DNA from: an uncultured Candidatus Saccharibacteria bacterium
GTDB taxonomy: Bacteria > Patescibacteriota > Saccharimonadia > Saccharimonadales > CAIOMD01
DNA: 60,038 nucleotides
Reading direction: 5' to 3'
Assembly: GCA_964423475.1 (NCBI GenBank)
Contig: CAYRFD010000001.1
Location: forward strand, 1 to 60,038
Position numbers and translations under genes: made by a program. Positions 28,712-38,685 of this stretch are shown piece by piece (position 1 is the stretch's first letter; each line of letters starts with the position of its first letter). Under the pieces are notes generated by a model. That model did no database searches. It saw only the letters and a list, made by a program, of their open reading frames with translations, and was not told the DNA's origin.

Positions 28712-29998
28712 ATGAATACATCTACAACCAACCTATCAGACACAAAAGTAAAATTAATTGTAAGTGGTAATGCAAACGAATTAGCCTCGGCTAAAAAATT
28801 GGCTTTGGCAAAACTAGCACCACAAGTTAAGGTAGAGGGTTTTAGGCCGGGTAGAGCTCCAGCACAAATAGTAGAAAAGCACCTAGACCCAACGGTTTTG
28901 GCACAAGAAACTATAGATATATTACTGAAAGATTTGTACGTAAAAGCGTTAGAAAAAGAGTCTTTAAGGCCTGTTTCGTCTCCAGAAGTTTCTGTGACTA
29001 AATTTGTGCCATATACAGACATTGAATTTAAAGTAGAAATAGATATTGTGGGCCCAATTAAACTTGCAGATTATAAAAAGTTAAAGGCTACCCGTGGCAC
29101 ATATACGGTATCTGCAAAAGATATCACAGAAGTACTAGAACGCTTACAAACTCAAATGGCCGAACATAAAGAGGTAAAAAGAGCAGCAAAAGAAGGCGAT
29201 AGAGTATGGATAGAATTTAACGGTACAGACGATAAGGGCGTACCAGTTAAGGGTGCATCTGGTAAAGATTATCCACTTGCACTTGGCTCTAATACGTTTA
29301 TCCCGGGGTTTGAGAAAAACCTTATAGGAGCTAAACCAGAAGATAAAGTTAAGTTTACAATACCCTTTCCTAAAGATTATGGCGTAAAGGCACTGCAAAA
29401 TAAAAAAGTAACCTTTGATGTAACGGTGCAAAAGGTAGAAGAGGTTATTAAACCTAAAGTAGATGAAGCATTTGTTAAAAAAGTTGGTGCATTTGATTCA
29501 GTAGCAGATCTTAAAAAAGATATTAAAAAACAGTTAACGCTAGAGCGTGGCCAGCAATTAGATAGAGAATACGAAGATGCTTTGGTAGACGAAATTGTGG
29601 CTCATAGTACGGTTTCTTTGCCAGAATCTATGCTTAAAGAACAAGTAGAGGCTATGGATAGCGAGTTTCAGCAGAATTTAGTTTACCGCGGCCAAACTTT
29701 TCAAGAGTATTTAGAGCATAATGGTTTAACTGAGCAATCTTATAAAGACACAGAACTTTTGCCCGCAGCTAAAAAAAGACTTACCGCAGGTCTAGTATTA
29801 AGTTCTATATCAGAAAAAGAAAATATCACCGTATCTCCAGAAGAGTTAGAAATACGAATACAAGTATTAAAAGGCCAGCACCAGAACGATAATGCAATGT
29901 TAAAAGAGTTAGAAAAGCCAGATGCTCGCCGTAGCGTAACCGCAAGAATGCTCACAGAAAAAACTATTGCTAAAATTGTTGAATATAATAAAAAATAA
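28712..29998 (+). CDS. tig: Trigger factor
   Basis: 428 aa with the ribosome-binding signature GFRPGRAP, a central FKBP-type PPIase region and a C-terminal helical domain. It lies immediately upstream of clpP, as in many bacteria. Confidence 0.93.
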   Translation: MNTSTTNLSDTKVKLIVSGNANELASAKKLALAKLAPQVKVEGFRPGRAPAQIVEKHLDPTVLAQETIDILLKDLYVKALEKESLRPVSSPEVSVTKFVPYTDIEFKVEIDIVGPIKLADYKKLKATRGTYTVSAKDITEVLERLQTQMAEHKEVKRAAKEGDRVWIEFNGTDDKGVPVKGASGKDYPLALGSNTFIPGFEKNLIGAKPEDKVKFTIPFPKDYGVKALQNKKVTFDVTVQKVEEVIKPKVDEAFVKKVGAFDSVADLKKDIKKQLTLERGQQLDREYEDALVDEIVAHSTVSLPESMLKEQVEAMDSEFQQNLVYRGQTFQEYLEHNGLTEQSYKDTELLPAAKKRLTAGLVLSSISEKENITVSPEELEIRIQVLKGQHQNDNAMLKELEKPDARRSVTARMLTEKTIAKIVEYNKK

Positions 29999-30009
29999 TT
30001 AGATTGTAT

Positions 30010-30051
30010 TTAGCACTCAAAGTTGACGAGTGCTAATATTATAGCTATAAT
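30010..30051 (+). promoter_or_regulatory. Perfect CIRCE (HrcA operator) overlapping the clpP promoter
   Basis: TTAGCACTC-N9-GAGTGCTAA lies at 30010-30036. The -35 TTGACG (30023-30028) spans the N9/right arm, followed by a 17-nt spacer and the -10 TATAAT (30046-30051). The ATG at 30059 is 7 nt downstream. Confidence 0.85.
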
Positions 30052-30058
30052 TAAACTA

Positions 30059-30637
30059 ATGAAAAATTATATGATACCCACAGTTATAGAAAATGATGGC
30101 CGAATTGAGCGAGCCTACGATATATATAGCAGATTACTAAAAGACAGGATAGTTTTTTTAGGAGAAGATGTTAACCCCCATACGGCTAATATAATTGTTG
30201 CTCAAATGCTATTTTTAGAGGCAGAAGACCCTAAAAAAGATATTCTTTTGTATATAAATAGCCCAGGTGGCAGTGTTTATGATGGATTTGCCATTTACGA
30301 CACAATGCAATACGTAAAGTGCGATGTTCAAACCTACGGTATTGGTCTGCAAGCTAGCATGGGGGCATTTTTGCTTTCTAGTGGTGCAAAAGGCAAACGC
30401 TATGCATTGCCTCACAGTAAAGTTATGATTCATCAACCATCTTCTGGCACCCGTGGCAAAGTAACAGATATGGAAATTGATCTGCAAGAATCTTTACGAG
30501 TTAAAAAACAGTTAAACGAAATTTTAGCAAAAAACACTGGTCAAAAGCTTGCTAAAGTTACTGCAGATGCAGAACGAGATTATTGGATGAGTGCTCAAGA
30601 AGCAAAATCTTATGGCCTAATAGACAAAGTTTTATAA
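30059..30637 (+). CDS. clpP: ATP-dependent Clp protease proteolytic subunit ClpP
   Basis: The N-terminus [11 protein letters not shown]...[18 protein letters not shown] is typical ClpP, and the catalytic Ser/His context is present ([16 protein letters not shown]). The ORF-track TTG at 30023 lies inside the promoter/CIRCE, so ATG 30059 (or 30071) is used. Confidence 0.95.
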   Translation: MKNYMIPTVIENDGRIERAYDIYSRLLKDRIVFLGEDVNPHTANIIVAQMLFLEAEDPKKDILLYINSPGGSVYDGFAIYDTMQYVKCDVQTYGIGLQASMGAFLLSSGAKGKRYALPHSKVMIHQPSSGTRGKVTDMEIDLQESLRVKKQLNEILAKNTGQKLAKVTADAERDYWMSAQEAKSYGLIDKVL

Positions 30638-30809
30638 AATTGTTGACAATTACACTGCATTTAGCGTAACCTAGTAAAAAGAAGTAGTGTCGGCTAGGCT
30701 GTGCTCGTGTGTCTCCAAAATATGAGTGCCAAAAACACCAACGCCAGGGAACTTCGCGCGAAATCAAAGGATCCAATAATAAATTTAATAACGGAGGAAT
30801 CTGCTATAT

Positions 30810-33800
30810 ATGGCATCAAGCGCTCAGCCCACTCAGCTTGCAAAAGGTAAGCGAACATTTTATACAAAAAGTAACGACATAGCTCTACCAAACTTAATAG
30901 AACACCAAAACAATAGTTTTGATTGGTTTGTAAAAGATGGTTTGGGGGAATTATTTGCCGAGATTAACCCAATAGACGATTATACGGGCCAAAAACTATC
31001 TTTGTCTTTTAAGTCTTACCACTTTGGTGACCCTAAAATGACAGAGTCAGAAGCTCGCGAAAATAACGTTAGCTTTGAGGCACCGTTAATGGCGGTTGCC
31101 GAACTTGTAAATAAAGTTACAGGAGAGGTAAAAGAGCAAGAAATATATTTGGGTGATTACCCGTGGATGACCAAGCGAGGTACTTTTGTAATAAATGGAG
31201 CAGAGCGTGTAGTAGTAAGCCAGTTAATTAGAAGCCCCGGTGTTTTTTATACCGCCGATTTACATGGGTCTAAAAATTATTATGGTGCAAAGGTAATACC
31301 TAACCGAGGAGCTTGGTTAGAATTTGAAACAGCTGTTAATGGTGCAATATACGTAAAAATAGATAGACGTCGTAAGATTGCTGTTACTACATTATTAAAA
31401 GCACTTGGCATGAATGAGGCAGCTATTAAATCTGCTATGCAACATGTAGATACCGGTAAACTAAGTTACATAGACGCAACTCTAGAAAAAGATCCTTCAA
31501 AAGGCATGCAAGAGGCTCTAATAGAAGTTTACAGACGCTTGCGCCCCGGTGATTTAGCCACTGTAGATAATGCTCGAAGTTTAATAGAAAGTATGTTCTA
31601 CAACTACAAGCGTTTTGACTTTAGCCGAGTAGGCCGTTATAAGCTTAACCAAAGGCTAAACCTAGATGTTGATAACACTTTAGAGAATCGTGTTATGCGC
31701 CTAGAAGATTTAACCGCCATACTAGCAGAACTTATTAGGCTTAATAACACACAAGAACCAGCAGATGATATAGATAGCTTGTCTAACCGCCGTATTAAAT
31801 TAGTTGGAGAACTAGTACAACGTCAATTTAGGATTGGTTTACTACGCATGGACAGAAACGCTAAAGATCGCATGAGCATGAGCGAAATAGAAACAGTTAC
31901 TCCTAGTCAGCTTATTAATGCTCGCCCTGTTGTAGCGGCTGTTCGCGAATTTTTTGCATCTAGTCAGTTAAGCCAATTTATGGATCAAATTAACCCATTA
32001 AGTGAGCTTGCTCACAAGCGCCGCCTAAGCTCTATGGGCCCTGGTGGTTTAAGCAGAGAACGTGCCGGTTTTGAAGTTAGAGATGCGCACGCTACCCACT
32101 ACGGTCGTATTTGTGCTGTAGAAACCCCAGAAGGTGCCAACATTGGTTTGGTGCTAAACATGGCTACCTATGCCAGAGTAAACGAATATGGCTTTTTAGA
32201 AACACCATATCGTAAAGTTTTAAATTCTGTAGCAGCTAAAGATGCTGCTAATCATATTGCAGCAATAGATTTAGAAGATGAATCAGGCAAAACTATTGTT
32301 AAAAAAGGCAAAACTATTACGCCCGCAGATGTTAAGAAGTTAGTTGCTGTTAAAAATCGTGCAACTTGGCCAGTCAAAGCAAAAGTAACAGACAAAGTTG
32401 TCTTTTTAGACGCTAGCGGAGAAGAAAATGCTGTAATTGCAGGATTTGGCAATAATATAGATGACAATGGCTATTTTGTAGAAGATCGTGTATCGGCACG
32501 TAATAGATTAGTTGCCGGAGAAGTAGACGCCAATTCCGTAACTCATATAGATGCTGCTAGTAAGCAAATTATTGGCTCATCTGCCGCACTTGTTCCATTT
32601 ATAGAAAAGAACTATGTTCTAAGAAGTTTAATTGGTAGTAATCAGCAACGTCAGGCTGTTCCCCTTATTAATCCTAGGGCTCCTTTAGTGGGTACAGGTA
32701 TAGAAGCCTATGTTGCTCGTAATACAGGGCAATTAATAGTTGCAGAGACAGAAGGCACTGTACAAAAAGCTACTGCAGAGGCTGTTGTAGTTGAGTATAA
32801 AGAAGGAAAGAAAACTTACGTTCCACAACACTACGTTAGAAGTAACGAAGGCTCTAGCATCAATCAAAAAGTTGTTGTTCATAACGGCCAAAAAGTTAAA
32901 ACTGGCGATGTATTAATAGAAGGCATGAGTATAGAAGATGGCGAGCTTGCCCTAGGCCAAGACGTTTTAGTAGGCTTTATGCCATGGGGCGGTTATAACT
33001 TTGAAGACGCTATTGTTATAAGTGAGCGCCTTGTTAAAGAAGATGCTTTTACAAGTGTTCACATTGTAGACTACATGACAGAGGTAAGAGAAACTAAGTT
33101 GGGCCCAGAAATTGTTACCAGAGACATACCTAATGTATCAGAAGAAGCCCTAAGGCATTTAGACGATGATGGTATTGTTCGTATAGGTGCAGAAGTTCAC
33201 CCAGGTGAAATCTTGGTAGGAAAAATTACTCCAAAAGGAGAACAAGAGCTTTCTAGCGAAGAACGCTTATTAAGAGCAATTTTTGGCGAAAAAGCTAAAG
33301 ATGTAAGAGACACTTCTCAAAGAATGAGTAACGGGAAACACGGTAAAGTTGTTGGAGTAAAAATATTTAGTAGAGAAAAAGGTCATGAGCTAAAAGCTGG
33401 CGTTATTATGCAAATTCAAGTTTTTGTTGCCCAAATGCGTAAAATTGCTGTAGGTGACAAGCTAGCTGGTAGACACGGTAACAAAGGTGTTATTGCGCGT
33501 GTTTTGCCAGTAGAAGACATGCCATATATGGAAGACGGGCGCCCGCTAGATATGGTGTTAAATCCACTTGGTGTTCCAAGCCGTATGAATTTAGGACAGT
33601 TATTTGAAATACCTTTAGGTATGGCCGCAAAAGCTCTTGGTATAAAAGTTGCTAGCCCACCATTTGACGGTGTTCCACTTAAAAAGATAGAAGATTTGTT
33701 AGAACAAGCTGGTTTGCCACGCGACGGTAAACAGCAGCTTTACGACGGCCGTTCTGGTGAGCCATTTAAAGAGCGAACAACAGTAGGTATGATGTATACC

Positions 33801-34343
33801 ATTAAGCTTAATCACATGATTGCCGATAAAATTCATGCTCGTTCTACCGGGCCATACACCATGGTTACTCAACAACCATTGGGTGGTAAGGCACAAAATG
33901 GTGGTCAGCGTTTTGGAGAAATGGAAGTTTGGGCACTAGAAGCTTATGGTGCCGCCAATACGTTGCAAGAAATGCTAACCATTAAATCAGACGATGTATA
34001 TGGCCGTGCTAAAGCTTACGAGTCTATCATTAAACAAACTCAAATTGTTGGTCCAAAGGTACCAGAAAGCTTTAATGTGTTAGTTAAAGAACTTCAAGGT
34101 TTGGGCCTTAAGGTTGATCTTGTTGGTGCCGAGTTAGAAGAAACCGACGCAGAAGTTTTACTAGAAGAAACAATTAAAGAAGAAGCCATAAATCAATCCG
34201 ACATAGATGTACCACACGAGGCTGTTAATCCTTTAGACGTAACAGAAGATGTTGCCGCCGATGAATTTGAGGTTTTGCAAGAAGGGGCCGATGAGCCAAC
34301 TGTAACCATGACAGAAAACGACAACGAAGAGGAGACTAAATAA
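30810..34343 (+). CDS. rpoB: DNA-directed RNA polymerase subunit beta
   Basis: 1177 aa with conserved beta-subunit blocks (GTFVINGAERVVVSQL, RRLSSMGPGGL, NMGQ-like LNPLGVPSRMNLGQ, GGQRFGEMEVWALEAYGA). A GGAGGA SD is present. Confidence 0.98.
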   Translation: MASSAQPTQLAKGKRTFYTKSNDIALPNLIEHQNNSFDWFVKDGLGELFAEINPIDDYTGQKLSLSFKSYHFGDPKMTESEARENNVSFEAPLMAVAELVNKVTGEVKEQEIYLGDYPWMTKRGTFVINGAERVVVSQLIRSPGVFYTADLHGSKNYYGAKVIPNRGAWLEFETAVNGAIYVKIDRRRKIAVTTLLKALGMNEAAIKSAMQHVDTGKLSYIDATLEKDPSKGMQEALIEVYRRLRPGDLATVDNARSLIESMFYNYKRFDFSRVGRYKLNQRLNLDVDNTLENRVMRLEDLTAILAELIRLNNTQEPADDIDSLSNRRIKLVGELVQRQFRIGLLRMDRNAKDRMSMSEIETVTPSQLINARPVVAAVREFFASSQLSQFMDQINPLSELAHKRRLSSMGPGGLSRERAGFEVRDAHATHYGRICAVETPEGANIGLVLNMATYARVNEYGFLETPYRKVLNSVAAKDAANHIAAIDLEDESGKTIVKKGKTITPADVKKLVAVKNRATWPVKAKVTDKVVFLDASGEENAVIAGFGNNIDDNGYFVEDRVSARNRLVAGEVDANSVTHIDAASKQIIGSSAALVPFIEKNYVLRSLIGSNQQRQAVPLINPRAPLVGTGIEAYVARNTGQLIVAETEGTVQKATAEAVVVEYKEGKKTYVPQHYVRSNEGSSINQKVVVHNGQKVKTGDVLIEGMSIEDGELALGQDVLVGFMPWGGYNFEDAIVISERLVKEDAFTSVHIVDYMTEVRETKLGPEIVTRDIPNVSEEALRHLDDDGIVRIGAEVHPGEILVGKITPKGEQELSSEERLLRAIFGEKAKDVRDTSQRMSNGKHGKVVGVKIFSREKGHELKAGVIMQIQVFVAQMRKIAVGDKLAGRHGNKGVIARVLPVEDMPYMEDGRPLDMVLNPLGVPSRMNLGQLFEIPLGMAAKALGIKVASPPFDGVPLKKIEDLLEQAGLPRDGKQQLYDGRSGEPFKERTTVGMMYTIKLNHMIADKIHARSTGPYTMVTQQPLGGKAQNGGQRFGEMEVWALEAYGAANTLQEMLTIKSDDVYGRAKAYESIIKQTQIVGPKVPESFNVLVKELQGLGLKVDLVGAELEETDAEVLLEETIKEEAINQSDIDVPHEAVNPLDVTEDVAADEFEVLQEGADEPTVTMTENDNEEETK

Positions 34344-37300
34344 TGCGACACTATACATCAGGCACAAACATATCCGATTTTGATGCTGTACGTCTTGCCA
34401 TTGCAAGCCCAACAGAAATCATGAAATGGAGCTATGGAGAGGTTTTAAAGCCAGAAACAATTAACTATCGTACTCAAAAACCAGAAAGAGACGGTTTATT
34501 TTGTGAACGTATTTTTGGGCCAGTAAAAGATATTAACCCGCATGATGCAAAATATAAAGGTATGCGATCGCGCGAGGCTGCAGTAGATAAAAACGGTGAG
34601 ATTGTTACAAAATCTGTTGTTCGTCGAGAGCGCATGGGCCATATTAATCTTGCAAGCCCAGTAGTACATATTTGGTTTTTACGTGGTACTCCAAGTGCTA
34701 TTGGCTTAGTTTTAAATATGACCGTAAAAAATCTAGAAAAAATTGCTTATTTTGCTAGTTACGTTATTTTAAGTGTAAACGAGCAAAAGCGCGATCAAAT
34801 GTTAGCCGACAAAGAAGCAGAAGGCGCAGCCGCAAAAACTGCCATAGAAGCTAGGTTTGAAAAATTGGCACAAAAAGATGATGCCAATGTTAAGCAACTA
34901 GCAATAGAGCGTACCAAAGAAATAGATGAGGCAGCTGCAGAATACGAGCTACTAAATAGCCAATTGCAAAGTTTAGTAGAAAACGCTCTTATTTCAGAAA
35001 ACGACTTTAGGGCTTTGCCAGATGAGCTACAAGATCTAGTTACTGTAAGCATGGGTGGAGAAGCCATTCAAAAAATGCTAGAAAAGGTAGATTTAAATGA
35101 GGTTATTACCAATCTGCAAGCAGAAGTAGAAGACGCCAAAGGTCAACGCAAGAAAAAGATAATGAAACGCCTAAGAATGCTAGAAAACATGCAAAAAGCT
35201 GGCATTACACCACCAAGTATGTGCTTAACTGTTTTGCCAGTAATCCCCCCAGACTTGCGCCCAATGGTGCAATTAACTGGTGGTCGTTTTGCAACAAGCG
35301 ATCTTAACGATCTTTACCGTAGAGTAATTAACCGTAATAACAGGCTTAAAAAACTTGTTGGTCTAAATGCTCCAGAAGTTATTAGAAGAAACGAAATGCG
35401 TATGTTGCAAGAAGCAGTAGATGCTTTAATAGATAACAATGCTGCTCGTAGCGGCCGAGCCGTGTCTTCTACTGGCCAACGCCGTCGCCTAAAAAGCTTG
35501 TCTGACATGCTTAAGGGCAAACAAGGCCGATTCCGCCAAAACTTACTTGGTAAACGTGTAGATTATTCTGGACGTTCTGTTATTGTAGCTGGTCCAGAGC
35601 TTAAAATAGACGAATGTGGTTTGCCAAAAATGATGGCTCTAGAGCTATTTAAACCATTTGTTATTGGCTATTTAATAGCTAACGATTACGCTCATAACAT
35701 TCGTTCGGCTACCAGGTTAATAGAAACTGGAGATATTACAGTTTGGGATGCCTTAGACGAAGTTACAAAAGGAAAGTACGTTTTACTAAACCGTGCGCCT
35801 AGTTTGCACCGTTTAAGTATTCAGGCATTTAAACCTCGCCTTATAGAAGGCAAAGCCATTCAATTGCATCCTTTAGTATGTGCCGGTTTTAACGCCGACT
35901 TTGACGGCGACCAAATGGCTGTTCATTTGCCATTATCAGAAAAGGCCCAGTACGAGGCCCGTGAGATTATGGCTGCAAACAAAAACTTGCTTAAACCATC
36001 TGACGGAACTCCAATTCTGCACATTGTTCAAGATATTGTTCTGGGTACTTATTATATGACATACGATAAGTACAAAGACGAAAAGCCAAAAAATTACTCC
36101 GATATTAACGAGGCATTAATGGCTTACGACGAGCGTGTAATTAAACTGCAATCTCCAATAGTTATACTGTTTAGGGGCCAAAAGGTGCAAACAACGCTTG
36201 GCCGTGTTTTGTTTAACGAACTGTTTCCTCATGATTTTCCTTATCAAAACGAAGCCATGACAAAAAAACGCTTAAAGTCTGTAATGGCTCATATTTACGA
36301 AAAATATGGTCAAGACAAAACTGCAGAAATTGCTGATAGCCTAAAAGACTTAGCTTTTGAGTTTGCAACGGCTTCTGGCCTTACTATGGGCATGGACGAC
36401 TTTCCAAATATAGATGGTTTAGATAAAGCCCTAGATACCGGAGAAGAAAACGCCGCTAAAATTAGTGATCAGTATAACACTGGCTTGTTAACAGAAGACG
36501 AACGCTATAGATTAACTGTAGAAAACTGGGTTAAGGTAGACGGCACCGTTCAAACAATGCTTGCCGAACAGCTTGAGCATCAAGATAATTCAATGTCTAT
36601 TGCTATTTTGTCTGGAGCGCGTGGAAACATTAGCCAGATGAAGCAATCTACTGGTATGCTTGGTGTGCTTTCCGATACAAGTGGTCGCGCCATTGAGTTA
36701 CCTGTTAAATCTGGCTATAAGCAAGGCTTAAACCAGCTAGAATACTTTACAGGTACTAGGGGTGTACGTAAAGCGCTAATAGATATTGCGCTAAACACAG
36801 CCGATTCTGGTTATTTAACAAGACGCTTAGTAGATGTAAGCCAAGATGTATTTACGGTAGAGGATGATTCTGATGATCCAGGTTTTGCAATTTACAGAGA
36901 AGATTCTAAAGAAACAGGTATCGCCATAGAAAACCGCCTAGAAGGCCGCTATGCTGCAGAAGATATTTTAGTAGATGGTAAAAAAGTTGTTGGTAAGGGC
37001 GAACTTATTACTAGAACAGCTGCTCATAAAATTGCCGATAGCACGCTAGATGGCGTTAAAATTATGAGTGTTCTAACTAGTGGCACCGTAAGGGGCGTTT
37101 CTCAAAAGAGTTATGGTATAGACCCAACTAATGGCCAACTAGTTGTTAATAGGCACGCAGTGGGAGTTATTGCCGCCCAAAGTATTGGCGAACCAGGTAC
37201 GCAGCTTTCTCTAGACTCTAAACACCGTGGTGGTGCTATTGTGGCAGATGAAACAGCCCAAGGTCTTACTCGTGTAGAAGAGCTATTTGAATCTCGCGCA

Positions 37301-38155
37301 CCTAAAGGTCAGGCTTATATGGCAGACATAGATGGCGTGGTAAGCATTAAAGAGCAAGCAAGCCAATATGCTGTTCAGGTTAACGGAACATCTCAAGAGA
37401 TAATAGAATACAAGCTTGGTGCACGCATACCTATGGTTGCAGATGGCCAAGATGTAGCAATTGGTGATGTACTAGCCGCAAACGAAGATAACAGCGAACC
37501 TTTGGTTGCTGGTTATTCTGGTGCAGTTGCCGTTAAAAAGACTAAAATTGTCTTGGCTCCAAATACCACATCTTCTGTTAGATACGAAATACCAGCCTTT
37601 AAAGAGCTAGTAGTAAAAGAGGGCGATAAAGTAAAAGCCGGCGATAGATTAACCAGTGGTTCATTAAACTTGCAAGATTTGTTACGTCTTAAGGGCGTTC
37701 AACCTACTCAACGTTATATAATGAACGAAATCAACAAAATTTTTGCCGCTCAGGGCCAAGATATTGCCGATAAGCACTTAGAAATCATTATTCGCCAAAT
37801 GTTTAGTAAAGTCTTAATAGAAGACTCTGGCGATAGTGAGTTTGTTATTGGCGATGTTGTTACAAAGGCGTTAGTACAAGAAGCTAACCAAGAGTTAAAC
37901 GCTGCCGGTAAACAACCTGTTGAATATACTCAAATGTTGCTTGGTATTACCAAAGTGTCTACTTGGGCAGATAGCTTTTTGTCGGCTGCAAGTTTTCAGG
38001 ATACAACAAGAGTATTAATATCTGCCGCAACCAGTGGTAGAGAAGACCATTTGTATGGTCTTAAAGAAAACGTTATCTTAGGTCGAAAGATTCCTGTTGG
38101 TACTGGCTATAAAGACATAGAACTAGATGAAGATGGTGTTGATATAGCAGCATAA
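34343..38155 (+). CDS. rpoC: DNA-directed RNA polymerase subunit beta'
   Basis: 1270 aa with the catalytic NADFDGDQMAVH motif and zinc/clamp and trigger-loop regions. The start overlaps the rpoB stop (TAATG). Confidence 0.98.
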   Translation: MRHYTSGTNISDFDAVRLAIASPTEIMKWSYGEVLKPETINYRTQKPERDGLFCERIFGPVKDINPHDAKYKGMRSREAAVDKNGEIVTKSVVRRERMGHINLASPVVHIWFLRGTPSAIGLVLNMTVKNLEKIAYFASYVILSVNEQKRDQMLADKEAEGAAAKTAIEARFEKLAQKDDANVKQLAIERTKEIDEAAAEYELLNSQLQSLVENALISENDFRALPDELQDLVTVSMGGEAIQKMLEKVDLNEVITNLQAEVEDAKGQRKKKIMKRLRMLENMQKAGITPPSMCLTVLPVIPPDLRPMVQLTGGRFATSDLNDLYRRVINRNNRLKKLVGLNAPEVIRRNEMRMLQEAVDALIDNNAARSGRAVSSTGQRRRLKSLSDMLKGKQGRFRQNLLGKRVDYSGRSVIVAGPELKIDECGLPKMMALELFKPFVIGYLIANDYAHNIRSATRLIETGDITVWDALDEVTKGKYVLLNRAPSLHRLSIQAFKPRLIEGKAIQLHPLVCAGFNADFDGDQMAVHLPLSEKAQYEAREIMAANKNLLKPSDGTPILHIVQDIVLGTYYMTYDKYKDEKPKNYSDINEALMAYDERVIKLQSPIVILFRGQKVQTTLGRVLFNELFPHDFPYQNEAMTKKRLKSVMAHIYEKYGQDKTAEIADSLKDLAFEFATASGLTMGMDDFPNIDGLDKALDTGEENAAKISDQYNTGLLTEDERYRLTVENWVKVDGTVQTMLAEQLEHQDNSMSIAILSGARGNISQMKQSTGMLGVLSDTSGRAIELPVKSGYKQGLNQLEYFTGTRGVRKALIDIALNTADSGYLTRRLVDVSQDVFTVEDDSDDPGFAIYREDSKETGIAIENRLEGRYAAEDILVDGKKVVGKGELITRTAAHKIADSTLDGVKIMSVLTSGTVRGVSQKSYGIDPTNGQLVVNRHAVGVIAAQSIGEPGTQLSLDSKHRGGAIVADETAQGLTRVEELFESRAPKGQAYMADIDGVVSIKEQASQYAVQVNGTSQEIIEYKLGARIPMVADGQDVAIGDVLAANEDNSEPLVAGYSGAVAVKKTKIVLAPNTTSSVRYEIPAFKELVVKEGDKVKAGDRLTSGSLNLQDLLRLKGVQPTQRYIMNEINKIFAAQGQDIADKHLEIIIRQMFSKVLIEDSGDSEFVIGDVVTKALVQEANQELNAAGKQPVEYTQMLLGITKVSTWADSFLSAASFQDTTRVLISAATSGREDHLYGLKENVILGRKIPVGTGYKDIELDEDGVDIAA

Positions 38156-38178
38156 ATCTGTTAAAATAAGGAATCGTT

Positions 38179-38592
38179 ATGCCTACAATAAATCAATTAG
38201 TAAGAAAACCAAGAACTAAGGTAACTACCAAAAGTAAATCTCCGGCTTTACATAAGGTAACCAATAGTTTAAAAAACAAGGCTTACGAAAAGTCTGCACC
38301 ATTTAAACGTGGTGTATGTGTTAAGGTAACAACCAAAACACCAAAAAAGCCTAACTCGGCACTACGTAAAGTAGCACGTGTACGCCTAAATAACGGCTAC
38401 GAAGTCTGGGCATACATTGGCGGCGAAGGCCATAATTTGCAAGAACACGCTGTTGTACTACTTAGGGGTGGCCGTGTACCAGATTTACCTGGTGTACGTT
38501 ATCACGTTGTACGTGGCAGCCTAGATTTGCAAGGTGTTGCCAACCGTAAGCGTGGCCGTAGCAAATATGGTGCTAAAAAATCTACCAAATAA
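38179..38592 (+). CDS. rpsL: 30S ribosomal protein S12 (with ~13-aa insertion after PAL)
   Basis: [12 protein letters not shown]...[12 protein letters not shown]...[10 protein letters not shown]...[13 protein letters not shown]. The protein is 137 aa versus about 124 aa in E. coli. Confidence 0.97.
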   Translation: MPTINQLVRKPRTKVTTKSKSPALHKVTNSLKNKAYEKSAPFKRGVCVKVTTKTPKKPNSALRKVARVRLNNGYEVWAYIGGEGHNLQEHAVVLLRGGRVPDLPGVRYHVVRGSLDLQGVANRKRGRSKYGAKKSTK

Positions 38593-38685
38593 TAGTTATA
38601 TAATTTAAATATAGTGGCTTCAGTGACCGCTCGGGCACAACCGCCAAGAGAACGCGCTAGAAGTATAAAGTAAAGGAGTACAGAA

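Noticed and set aside
30023-30058. The ORF-track TTG start of clpP at 30023, and likewise GTG 44099, TTG 25151, TTG 45385, TTG 58223 and TTG 20192.
   Set aside because: These upstream starts lie inside promoter, CIRCE, terminator or SD sequences. Downstream ATGs with proper signals give N-termini that match the protein families.
30638-30809. The clpP-rpoB spacer as a known ncRNA gene (SRP RNA, 6S, RNase P).
   Set aside because: I could recognise no conserved motifs of these RNAs (for example the SRP GGAA/AGCA domain IV). It is more simply read as an rpoB 5' leader.
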